Source of the DNA: Spirochaetia bacterium
GTDB lineage: Bacteria; Spirochaetota; Spirochaetia; DSM-2461
NCBI GenBank assembly: GCA_963666985.2
Contig: CAXXIA010000001.1
Span: forward strand, 1,248,001-1,312,000
Reading direction: 5' to 3'
Length of the DNA stretch: 64,000 nucleotides
Below, in pieces: positions 19,633 to 28,188 of the stretch. Positions within the stretch are counted from its first letter, which is position 1. The number at the start of each line of letters is the position of its first letter. A program made the position numbers and the translations under genes. The notes beneath the pieces are model-generated. The model was given only the letters and a program-made list of their open reading frames with translations, did no database searches and was not told the DNA's origin.

Positions 19633-20799
19633 TTAAGCCGCCTTTTTGCTGTACTTCATCAAATAAATGAGCCTCATCATCCGGCTTTCAACGGGGCTGA
19701 TGCGGCGGCCCGAACCGAGAATCGCCGTTTCAACGGCGGCACGGCATCCCTTTTCGGCCACAAGCCCCACGGCCCGAGAATCCGATTCGCTTTCGCCTAT
19801 GCAAATACAGCCCAATCCCTGAACAAGGACGGCGCTGCGGCGCTTTAAGATTTTCAAAATACGGCCCTCATCGTTTCCATTTCCTATTTCCGCTACGGGA
19901 AGAGAAGGACCGATCAGCTGAGCAAAATCATCAAGATAAGGTTTAACGGTTCCTCCGCGCCAAGATGCGGCCAGAACATACGGCGTTTTGGTGGTCGATA
20001 CAACCGTTCCAGGCAGATTTTTCCGAATGGTGTCCAAGAGTCCTTCGACGGCCGTTTCATCCAAAAGCGACTTATTCGCCGGCACCCCCGTAAACGTTTC
20101 GAGCGCCCTTGAACGGATCATTTCCTCATCTTCGCCGAATTCGCTCTCTGACTCAGACGCACCGATCCGCTTCCGAAAACCTGCGATGATTACTTTCTCC
20201 GCCGCGTTCTCCAGTTCCATCGCCGTCAGCAGAGCCTGCTCGATATCAACGCCGAAACAGACGGTACCATGATTGGAAAGAAGCAAAGCCTTGATGTCCT
20301 CGCCCTTTTTCCCGATGGTTTTCTCCACGGCTTTGGCCAATTTTTTCGTCGTCGGAAGAGCATAAGGCACGCACGGAACCGAAGAGCCGGGCCCGAAACC
20401 TGTTAAGGCCGTCATCTTATCGGCCCCCTCGTCTTGTACGCCTTCGGTTCTTTTACCGGCCGGCACCGTGAATCCTTTCCTCGCCGCGGAAAGAGAAGAG
20501 GCGGCCGGCTGATGGGTATGAACCACCGCGCCCACATCGGATCTGTTCCGATACACCCGAGCGTGAAGTTCCTTTTCGGAGGAAGGTTTCAGCAGTCCTT
20601 CCCAAGATAAATCCTCTAAGCGAACAATCGCCAAATCCTCCGGTGCCAGCGTTTCGTAATTTCGCCCCGACGGCGTGATGAGAAAGCGCTCCGCATCCAG
20701 ACGGATGCTCAAGTTTCCCCAGGTCCGGGCCACGAGCCCTTTGCTCAGGAGTTCCTTACCGGCCCGAACCAGCACCTCGCGCTGTGCGGTGAATTCCAT
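19633..20799 (-). CDS. Class II aldolase/adducin family protein (active N-domain plus degenerate second domain)
   Basis: TWGNLS, ITPSG, PSSE--LH, VHTH, LLSNHG (Zn ligands intact); second domain PYLDDFAQLIG lacks the His ligands. Confidence 0.9.
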   Translation of the reverse strand: MEFTAQREVLVRAGKELLSKGLVARTWGNLSIRLDAERFLITPSGRNYETLAPEDLAIVRLEDLSWEGLLKPSSEKELHARVYRNRSDVGAVVHTHQPAASSLSAARKGFTVPAGKRTEGVQDEGADKMTALTGFGPGSSVPCVPYALPTTKKLAKAVEKTIGKKGEDIKALLLSNHGTVCFGVDIEQALLTAMELENAAEKVIIAGFRKRIGASESESEFGEDEEMIRSRALETFTGVPANKSLLDETAVEGLLDTIRKNLPGTVVSTTKTPYVLAASWRGGTVKPYLDDFAQLIGPSLPVAEIGNGNDEGRILKILKRRSAVLVQGLGCICIGESESDSRAVGLVAEKGCRAAVETAILGSGRRISPVESRMMRLIYLMKYSKKAA

Positions 20800-22367
20800 C
20801 AGCGAGATCCTCCGTCGGAGCTGCGGGAAGCACCGGAGAGAACATCGTCCGCCGCTTTGGACGTTCCAGCCGCAGCAAACGCCGCGGCGCAGGCGGCGGC
20901 ATCCACGCCTTCGACATTCCGGAACACCCGCTCGAATCGTACAAGCGCCTCATCGATAATCTCATCCGTATCCGCCGCGCTGGTATACAGCCTGCTGCCG
21001 GCCAGAGTCACGATTCCTTCGGCCATGTACGCGGCGCCCATTTCCTCCATAGCGCGTTTTCGGCGATGGGCCTCGGAGATAACGCCTTTTATGGTCCAGA
21101 ATTTCGTAAAATCAATCTTGGCCAGCATCGTGGCCACCGTCTCCAGATGGCAGATAGACCCCTGATTGAACGCCACGAAGGGCAAATCATATTTCTTTAT
21201 CAGCTTCCGCAGTCCGGCGGTCAGCCGATCACCGGCGGCTCCGGCCTTGGCGCAGGCATTGGTCTCGGCAATAGCCTTGAGCGTCCAGTAACCGGCCGCG
21301 GAACTTAAAGGATTCGCCGCCATGGTTCCTCCCACCAGGGCTTTCTTCTGACCGCCGCCCTTAATCCCCGCGGCCAAGAATCTCATGTATTCGTCTTTTC
21401 CGCCCAAACCGCCCGCCGACGGATATCCGCCCGCGACGACCTTGCCGAACACCGTCAAATCGGGCACAACGCCGAAAAATCCCTGAGCCCCGCTCATGCC
21501 CACGCGGAAAGCGGTCACCACCTCATCGAAAATCAAAAGAGCCCCGTATCGATCGCAAAGAGATCTCACCCCCGCGTTGAAATCAAAATCCAGCGGACGC
21601 GTTCCGCTCTCGGGCCCCAAAGGCTCAATCAGCACCGCCGCGGTTCCTCCGCGCAGCGTGTTCCGGCGAAGCACCCGCTCCAGGCTTCCCAAATCGTTGG
21701 GAGCAAACTCCTGCGTATTTTTGAAAATCCGCGCGGGAACGCCCTTGGCCTCAAAATGACGCGAACCGGCAAGACGAATACCGTAAGCCAGCTGATCGCT
21801 CCAGCCGTGATACGCCCCGCCCATTTTCACGATGTTTTTCTTTTTCGTCGCGAGTCTGGCCACGCGGATCGCGGCCATGCAGGATTCGGTTCCGCTGCCC
21901 AGCATCCGAAACTTATCCACGCTCGGAACATGCTTAATAATCATCTCGGCCAGCTTCATCTCATACTCATGGAAAAGCCCCGTGGACGGTCCGGTCGTTT
22001 CCAGAAGCTCCTTCACCTTGGCCAGAATCTCCGGCGGATTGCTTCCGAGCACCGTCGGCCCCCCGGCCTGAAGAAAATCGATGTAGCCATTCCCGTCCAA
22101 ATCCTCCAGATAAGCGCCCTTCGCCTTCGTGAAAACCAAAGGAAAAGGATGATTGAACGCCAAATTGTGCTGAACGCCGCCCGGAATCACATCCATGGCC
22201 CGACCGATCATCTCCTTCGATTTGGAGCATTTCCCCTCGAAATAATCCTTCTCGTATGCTTCGAGAGCATCGCGCCTGATGGACCGAATAGGACTGTTCA
22301 AAAGGGCGAACAGATCCTTATACAAAGGTTTGGTATCGTGATAATTCTTTATAGCGAATTCGTTCAT
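20799..22367 (-). CDS. Class III PLP-dependent aminotransferase (GSA-aminomutase-like fold, not HemL)
   Basis: DLDGNGYIDF, GSGTE, GAYHGWSD, LIFDEVVTAFR, PDLTVFGK (PLP lysine), GT-AANPL. Confidence 0.88.
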   Translation of the reverse strand: MNEFAIKNYHDTKPLYKDLFALLNSPIRSIRRDALEAYEKDYFEGKCSKSKEMIGRAMDVIPGGVQHNLAFNHPFPLVFTKAKGAYLEDLDGNGYIDFLQAGGPTVLGSNPPEILAKVKELLETTGPSTGLFHEYEMKLAEMIIKHVPSVDKFRMLGSGTESCMAAIRVARLATKKKNIVKMGGAYHGWSDQLAYGIRLAGSRHFEAKGVPARIFKNTQEFAPNDLGSLERVLRRNTLRGGTAAVLIEPLGPESGTRPLDFDFNAGVRSLCDRYGALLIFDEVVTAFRVGMSGAQGFFGVVPDLTVFGKVVAGGYPSAGGLGGKDEYMRFLAAGIKGGGQKKALVGGTMAANPLSSAAGYWTLKAIAETNACAKAGAAGDRLTAGLRKLIKKYDLPFVAFNQGSICHLETVATMLAKIDFTKFWTIKGVISEAHRRKRAMEEMGAAYMAEGIVTLAGSRLYTSAADTDEIIDEALVRFERVFRNVEGVDAAACAAAFAAAGTSKAADDVLSGASRSSDGGSR

Positions 22368-22420
22368 GCTTCACTCCTTATTTTTTGCGCCCTTCACTCA
22401 CGCTTGAAGGCCTCAAGCTC

Positions 22421-22442
22421 GGTGAGTGAATACTCACTCATC
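22421..22442. promoter_or_regulatory. Putative TetR operator upstream of the aminotransferase operon
   Basis: TGAGTGAATACTCACTCA (22423-22440), 8 of 9 palindromic pairs, about 55-75 bp upstream of the first ATG. Confidence 0.7.
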
Positions 22443-22617
22443 AACAAAGTTTATCTCATTGCGAACGCGAACACAAGTTATAAGTTGACCCCTAAAAGCC
22501 CGCCGGCCGCATCATCTCCTCCGCCAAAGGCGCCCCCCGCCGATTTCGGGCGAAGCCCATGCCCTGAAGAATCACCATGAAAAAGAACAATGAGAATCCG
22601 CACCGGAAAAACCCGGT

Positions 22618-23958
22618 CTATCTCCTCTCCGGCCTTTCGGAAACTTCAAACCGCCTGAAAACCGCATCATTCCGCCGGACTCGCCGCGGAACCTCAACGG
22701 TAACGCTCATCCCCTTCTCGCCGCGCTGCGCGGGAACACCATCCACCCTCAAAGACTCGGCGGTAAGTTCCACATTGCCGCTGGTGGGCCCCTGAATCAG
22801 TAATTCATCTTTCTCGCCGATGCAGGCACTTTGAATCAGAATCTCGGCCACCTTCTTTTGAGCAAAATAATTCACGACAATACCGACCGATTCTTTTCGC
22901 TTAACCGCCTGACTGTCCGGCCGACCGGTCCAATCGCCGACGGGCCGGCCCATATAAAAACCGGCGGAAAAATCACGATTGAACACCGTCCGCATTCTCT
23001 CGGTCAGGTCCCTTTTCAGCTCTTCAAACTCGGCGCGTTTATCGCTCCCGGCACCGTCCGGCCAAGCACTTCCCTCTTTCCGAGCAATATGTTCCAACCA
23101 GAAATCCATGGCCCGCCGGTAGGATGAAGTGACAATGGACACATATTCCGGATTGCGCATCCGCCCCTCTATCTTCAGGCAGGCCGCGCCGGATTCCAGA
23201 ATCTTCTCCAAAAAAGGCATCGTGCAGAGATCCTTCGGACTCATCACGTAATCTTGGCCCATTTCGTATTCGTATTCGCCCTCAACATCGATAATGCGGT
23301 ACTTCCGCCTGCAGGGCTGCAGACAAGCCCCCCGGTTCGCGGAGTCACCGCTCACCGCTTCGGAGAGAAAACACCTGCCGCTCACCGAAACGCACATGGC
23401 GCCGTGGATAAACAGTTCCAGCTCAACGGACTCCGACCGGCCTCCAAGATCATCCCGAAGATGCGCCCGGATCGACGAAAGATCATCAAGAGAACATTCC
23501 CGAGCCAAAACGAAACGCCGGATTCCATCTTTTCGAAAGCGCGCCGCAATACTTCGCGAATTGCTCACCGAGGCTTGAGTGGACAAATGAACATCCAAAC
23601 CCCGCTCCCGCGCCCCGGCAATCACCGCGTCATCCCAGCAGATAATCGCGTCCACTCCGGCATCGAAGGCCTTATCCAGAACGTCATCCAGAATCCCGAG
23701 CTCTTTCTCATAAACAATGGTATTCAGCGTCAGATAGGAACGGACGCCCCTCTTTCGGCACCGAGATACAATACGCGGTAAATCTTCAGGAACGAAATTC
23801 CCGGCGCGCGCGCGCATATTGAACGAAGTAACACCGAAATAGACGGCGTCGGCGCCGGAATCCAGCGCCGCGGAAAGACATATCTCATCGCCGGCCGGAG
23901 CCAGGAGTTCGGGAAGAGAGTGAAAAGGAACCGGGATTGAATTGTTTTGACTGGACAT
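22618..23958 (-). CDS. Peptidase U32 family protein (TrhP/RlhA-like RNA hydroxylation)
   Basis: PELLAPAG, GADAVYFG, HLSTQAS, ELFIHGAMCVSVSGRCFLS...NRGACLQPCR, LKIEGRMR. Confidence 0.9.
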   Translation of the reverse strand: MSSQNNSIPVPFHSLPELLAPAGDEICLSAALDSGADAVYFGVTSFNMRARAGNFVPEDLPRIVSRCRKRGVRSYLTLNTIVYEKELGILDDVLDKAFDAGVDAIICWDDAVIAGARERGLDVHLSTQASVSNSRSIAARFRKDGIRRFVLARECSLDDLSSIRAHLRDDLGGRSESVELELFIHGAMCVSVSGRCFLSEAVSGDSANRGACLQPCRRKYRIIDVEGEYEYEMGQDYVMSPKDLCTMPFLEKILESGAACLKIEGRMRNPEYVSIVTSSYRRAMDFWLEHIARKEGSAWPDGAGSDKRAEFEELKRDLTERMRTVFNRDFSAGFYMGRPVGDWTGRPDSQAVKRKESVGIVVNYFAQKKVAEILIQSACIGEKDELLIQGPTSGNVELTAESLRVDGVPAQRGEKGMSVTVEVPRRVRRNDAVFRRFEVSERPERR

Positions 23959-24275
23959 AGCGGCTCATGATGCCACGGACGTGCCGGTTTGCCCAGCTCG
24001 CCCGCTCCGCCGGATATTTTTTAAAAAAGCCGACAACCTGACCGTGAGTTTCGTTTCTTCCTGAAATCCAGCCTGAAGTTCAAAAAAAATTCAGTCGTCG
24101 CCTTGAGTCGTGAGCCTTGCGGTTCTCACCGACAGTACGCCCTTGGTCGATGGGCCGAAGCGAATAAAAAATTCACTTTTTGCCGATGTTCACGGCGTCC
24201 TAATTTCTTATAATTGACAATTTCTGAAAGTGGCTTGTATCATCAAATAATGAAAAAACTTTTTAAAGCGTGTCT

Positions 24276-25463
24276 ATGAAAACAATATCCATAGTCATTT
24301 CTGCCATATTATTCGCCTTTATGATAAGCTGCGGCAACACCTTGATTAACGGCCCCGATCTGAATTCAGATGTTTACTATGACCTTAGCAACTTGACTAT
24401 CGGTTACGGACCCGGGGATTCACAAAGCTGGGTTACCCAGGACCTCACCCTGCCGATTACCGGCGTCAGGGGTAGTGCTATCTCCTGGTCCAGCAATAAT
24501 CCTTCGATAATCGCAAATGACGGCACAGTCACCAGACCCACTGAAGAAAACATGTATGTTCGCCTGACTGCGACAGCGACAAAAGATAATGAATCCTTAA
24601 ATACGAATTTTTTCCAGCGTGTCATCGTCGGCGGTGTCACTGCAATAGCGAAAGACTTGGACGATTTGACGATTACCTACGCCACCGGCGATTCTGCGGA
24701 CAGCGTCACCGATGATATCATTCTTCCGACTGACGGTGCCTATGGATCTACTATTACCTGGACAAGCAGCGCCTCGACTATCATCACTCCCGATGGAGAG
24801 GTAACCCGCCCGAGCCTCAGCAGCGGCAATACTCTCGTTACCCTGACGGCTACCGCATCTCTCGGCTCGAAATCGGACAGTAGAACTTATGAGTTGACAG
24901 TCCTCTGTACTTCAACAGTCTTCCATGAGGATTTCGGTACCGACGGCTTTCTCGATGGATCGACGCCTATCGTTTCCGGTAGCAACTGGAGTGTCAACAG
25001 CGGGAATTCCTTCCCGATTTCCGACGGCGTCCTCGATACTGCCGATGCCTCTTTGACTGGTCACGCAACGGCTAGCGTCCTATTGGACAAGCGCCTCGAA
25101 TCCGGTGAAACCCTGTATCTAACCGTTACTACGGCAGACACTTTCGGCGACGCCTCAACCGACTGGGCCGGAGTGAGCCTGTATGCCGGAACCCAACATT
25201 GCTTTTCCATCGACACGAAGAACGCCGATTATTCGGAAGCCTCTACCACTACCCCCATTGCCGGTTTGAGTAAACTCACCGGAGATGCAGGGACTTTCAA
25301 AATCTCCTACAATTTCAATTCGGGGATCTTTGTCTTCTCGGGTTTTGGGTACTCCGTGGGGTCCGGATTTGAAATCGACAGCATTCGGCTGGAATGTTCC
25401 TATACCGACGAGAGCAATCACTGTAACATCGCCCTGGATGATATCTTTGTGGAGTATCGATAA
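24276..25463 (+). CDS. Surface lipoprotein with two tandem bacterial Ig-like domains
   Basis: Lipobox FMISC; two repeats LP--G--GS-I-W-S-----I--DG-VTRP...V-LTATA; TTGACA-18-TATCAT promoter at 24214-24243. Confidence 0.8.
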   Translation: MKTISIVISAILFAFMISCGNTLINGPDLNSDVYYDLSNLTIGYGPGDSQSWVTQDLTLPITGVRGSAISWSSNNPSIIANDGTVTRPTEENMYVRLTATATKDNESLNTNFFQRVIVGGVTAIAKDLDDLTITYATGDSADSVTDDIILPTDGAYGSTITWTSSASTIITPDGEVTRPSLSSGNTLVTLTATASLGSKSDSRTYELTVLCTSTVFHEDFGTDGFLDGSTPIVSGSNWSVNSGNSFPISDGVLDTADASLTGHATASVLLDKRLESGETLYLTVTTADTFGDASTDWAGVSLYAGTQHCFSIDTKNADYSEASTTTPIAGLSKLTGDAGTFKISYNFNSGIFVFSGFGYSVGSGFEIDSIRLECSYTDESNHCNIALDDIFVEYR

Positions 25464-26630
25464 CTCGACGGAATCCAAAGGTGCCATTTCGACCATCTTC
25501 GAACCGCGGCCAGGGTCTATCGCGGCGAAACCGAATCACGGCTAAATATTGATGTGAAGGTAAGTCCCCCGGCGGTGGAGCTCAGCTGATTGAGATAGTA
25601 TTGATGCCACCCGACCGGTTGCCCGTGGCTCTTCCGAAGTCGGCGAGGCCCAATACGGCAAGTTCCATCATGGGCGTCTGTGATGGTGTCCTCAACCAGA
25701 ACCGATCCCACTTGATAAGGCGCCGGGTTAAACGGTCAATCCCCCTGCCAGAGATGATACCAAGCGTTCAGAAGCGGGATCAATTCATCGGTGGCTTTTT
25801 GATGTCCTTCGGAACTCGGATGATCGTCGCCGGTGGGGTAGTAGAGTTCGTCGGGATTCACCCCGTCTATGGGATCTCCTGAGACAATGTCCGTTTCCCG
25901 TCCCGTGGAGTCGTCTATCCAATGATGATTGCGCGGATCGGTCAGGATATTGTAGTAATCGAAGACATAAACGTTCTTTTGGGGATAATCGGCAAGCCAT
26001 CCCGAATCCCGGTCCGCCAGCCAGCGGGACAGTTCCCGCGTGAGCGAAGCGCTGCTGATGACGCTTTCAGGCGGCGGAATCACCAGGATGAACATTTTAT
26101 CCGTATGATCTTCAAAATAATCCAGAAGACCGTTGTAGATGCTCATCTCATCGCTGATGGAATTCCCCACTTCACTGTTGGGATAACAGGATTTGAACAT
26201 CACGATATCCACTTCCCCGCCGGGATTGGGGATGGTGTCCGAATTGGTGTAATCATAATGATAATCATTTGCATAAACGGAAGGCATGACCGTATCGGTA
26301 AACCAAGTCGGCCAATCGCCGGTGTCGGTATAACTGCCGATATTATCGCCTCCTGAGTTTTCCTCGGAACCAGTCGTGCTGTAATCCCAATAGTAATCGG
26401 TCTCCACAACATAGTAATTATTCTCATTCAATTCCGAGCCCAGATTCCCATTGCCCGTGGCGATCCACGCGCTTCCCGTGCTGTGGTGAATAAAACAGAT
26501 CTTCACGCCCTCATCCAAAGAAGGCGCCGAGGTATCCGGAACATAGCTGTAGCGAATAATATCGTCCGCACCCGTATTTGAAGGACAGCCGGTTAACAGC
26601 GGGGCGAGAACCGCGAGAACGATGGGATTA

Positions 26631-27999
26631 TGAGCGACCAGGACATCCTTTACATTTTAGGTTCAGGACATCGTTTACACAAAACAAGCTTAAACGAAGC
26701 ATTTGAATCCATCAACTGAAGGGAGAAAGGCATAGGTTTTCAAATCAATTTCTCCCAATCTGAGATTGTCAAACCATACGGTGAAGCTCTCATCCTCATT
26801 CTCCCGAAGTCCAACTTGGTATCCTGAAAAGACATAACTGACAAAGACTCTATGCCTGTCGATAGTAACGGCTCCCCGATTATTCACCATTCTCACCAGA
26901 TACCCGGCCGGGTAGATCACCTGAGGGATTCGAGGAGGGAAAGGCCGATTGGACTTTGTGTAAATACTTCCGGGAGTCTGCATTTTGAGAGCTTCATGCG
27001 GACGAACACTGTTGAATTGATTTCTCCAAACATCAAAGTGTGCCTGATGTTCTGAGAGGTTCCCTTGAATCTGTCCCTGCAATTCGCGTTTGATATCGGC
27101 ATGCATTCTTTCATGCCCTCCGTTTTCACAAGGCCTTCCTGGAGTGATGCGATCAAGTTCAATTCCCAAGGCCAGCCACCAAACACTTAAGCGGGTGAGT
27201 CCGAGTAATCCCTTCATGGAAGCAAAGGGTGGTCCGTTATCGGAGCGGATTACCCGAGGGATTCCATAGAGAGAAAAGAGCTTTTCGAACTCTGTTCTAA
27301 CTTCTTGTGTGTCAGCCTTTTGGAGAGCTTTGATGGTGAAGATGTATTTGGAGTATTCATCCCGAACCGTCAGAGGTTCACACTTTTCATTATCGGGAGT
27401 GTACCACCATCCTTTGAAGTCGACCGTCCAGATATCATTAGGGGCTTTGGCCTGCAGATGTGTTTGGATTCGGCTGCCTTTGGTCTGCTGCCGTTTCTTT
27501 CGATGATGAACCAGTCCTGCTTTATCAAGGATGCGTTTGACGGTGGTGAGGCTTGGGGGATTATTATGAGGATGGGTCTTCTGGTAGATCTCGAGAATCT
27601 TTTTTGGCCCCCAGCTGGAGTTGTGCAACGTCTTGATCCGGATAATACCGCATATAACGTCTTCAGGCGTTTGGTTGGGGCTGCTGCGAGGTCTACGGGG
27701 TCGTTCCTTCAACCCGGCGAGCCCTTCCTGGATAAACCGGTTTTTCCATTTAAGGCCTGTCGGCCGGGAGATCCCGTACTCAGCACAGAGGTCTTTCATA
27801 CAGACATGGGGATCCATGGCCTTGAGGGCGAACTCGAATTTGACGTCCATAATATTGGTCTCCTTCCACGGCATAACCAGCACCTCGATAAGGGAAAGTG
27901 CTGATCATTTTAGTTCTTGTCGTGTAAAGGATGTCCTGGTACTCTCGTGTAAAGGATGTCCTGGTACTCTCGTGTAAACGATGTCCTGAACCCGTACCA
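26631..27999 (-). mobile_element. IS481-family insertion sequence
   Basis: TG...CA ends, TTA target duplication (26628-26630 / 28000-28002; ATTA if the end is drawn 1 nt shorter), 25-bp-period subterminal repeats containing TGTAAA(G/C)GATGTCCTG (three at the right end, two inverted at the left). Confidence 0.92.
26690..27874 (-). CDS. IS481-family DDE transposase
   Basis: MPWKET start, HTH, W--DFKG, D-YS, SDNG-PF, P--NG-HERMH. Confidence 0.95.
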   Translation of the reverse strand: MPWKETNIMDVKFEFALKAMDPHVCMKDLCAEYGISRPTGLKWKNRFIQEGLAGLKERPRRPRSSPNQTPEDVICGIIRIKTLHNSSWGPKKILEIYQKTHPHNNPPSLTTVKRILDKAGLVHHRKKRQQTKGSRIQTHLQAKAPNDIWTVDFKGWWYTPDNEKCEPLTVRDEYSKYIFTIKALQKADTQEVRTEFEKLFSLYGIPRVIRSDNGPPFASMKGLLGLTRLSVWWLALGIELDRITPGRPCENGGHERMHADIKRELQGQIQGNLSEHQAHFDVWRNQFNSVRPHEALKMQTPGSIYTKSNRPFPPRIPQVIYPAGYLVRMVNNRGAVTIDRHRVFVSYVFSGYQVGLRENEDESFTVWFDNLRLGEIDLKTYAFLPSVDGFKCFV

Positions 28000-28188
28000 T
28001 TAAATCTCATACTCATTCGGCCTTATCTTATAGTCATTCCGTTATTTTTCAATGAATATATCCCGTTATCTCATGAACTTCCGGTAATTCATTGACCGCT
28101 TAATTTTACCGGTAAATAATACGCAGGCTTCGATATGCAGAAGGCCGCGAAGTGAATGATCGGCCGCCGCGCACCCGGGAGGATACAA

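Larger units (their letters stand above)
25736..28016 (-). pseudogene. Lipoprotein (possible SGNH-like hydrolase) interrupted by the IS481-family element
   Basis: Removing 26631-27999 and one target copy gives in-frame MSMRFNPIVLAVLAPLLTGC... continuing into the 25736-26518 ORF; HHSTG, FKSCYP, DDHP motifs. Confidence 0.85.

Noticed and set aside
20799..22367. hemL (glutamate-1-semialdehyde aminomutase)
   Set aside because: Lacks the PGGVNSPVR substrate motif, has a long N-terminal extension and a catabolic context
25517..25711. Short ORF between the two convergent lipoprotein genes
   Set aside because: No RBS or recognisable motif; cannot support as gene or pseudogene
11787..27980. Shared CTCGTGTAAA between the LacI operators and the IS481 end repeats
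   Set aside because: The IS copies lack the TTTA half-site; most likely coincidence
27920..27990. Three 25-bp direct repeats as a CRISPR array
   Set aside because: No unique spacers, no cas genes; they are subterminal repeats of the IS481 element with inverted copies at its other end
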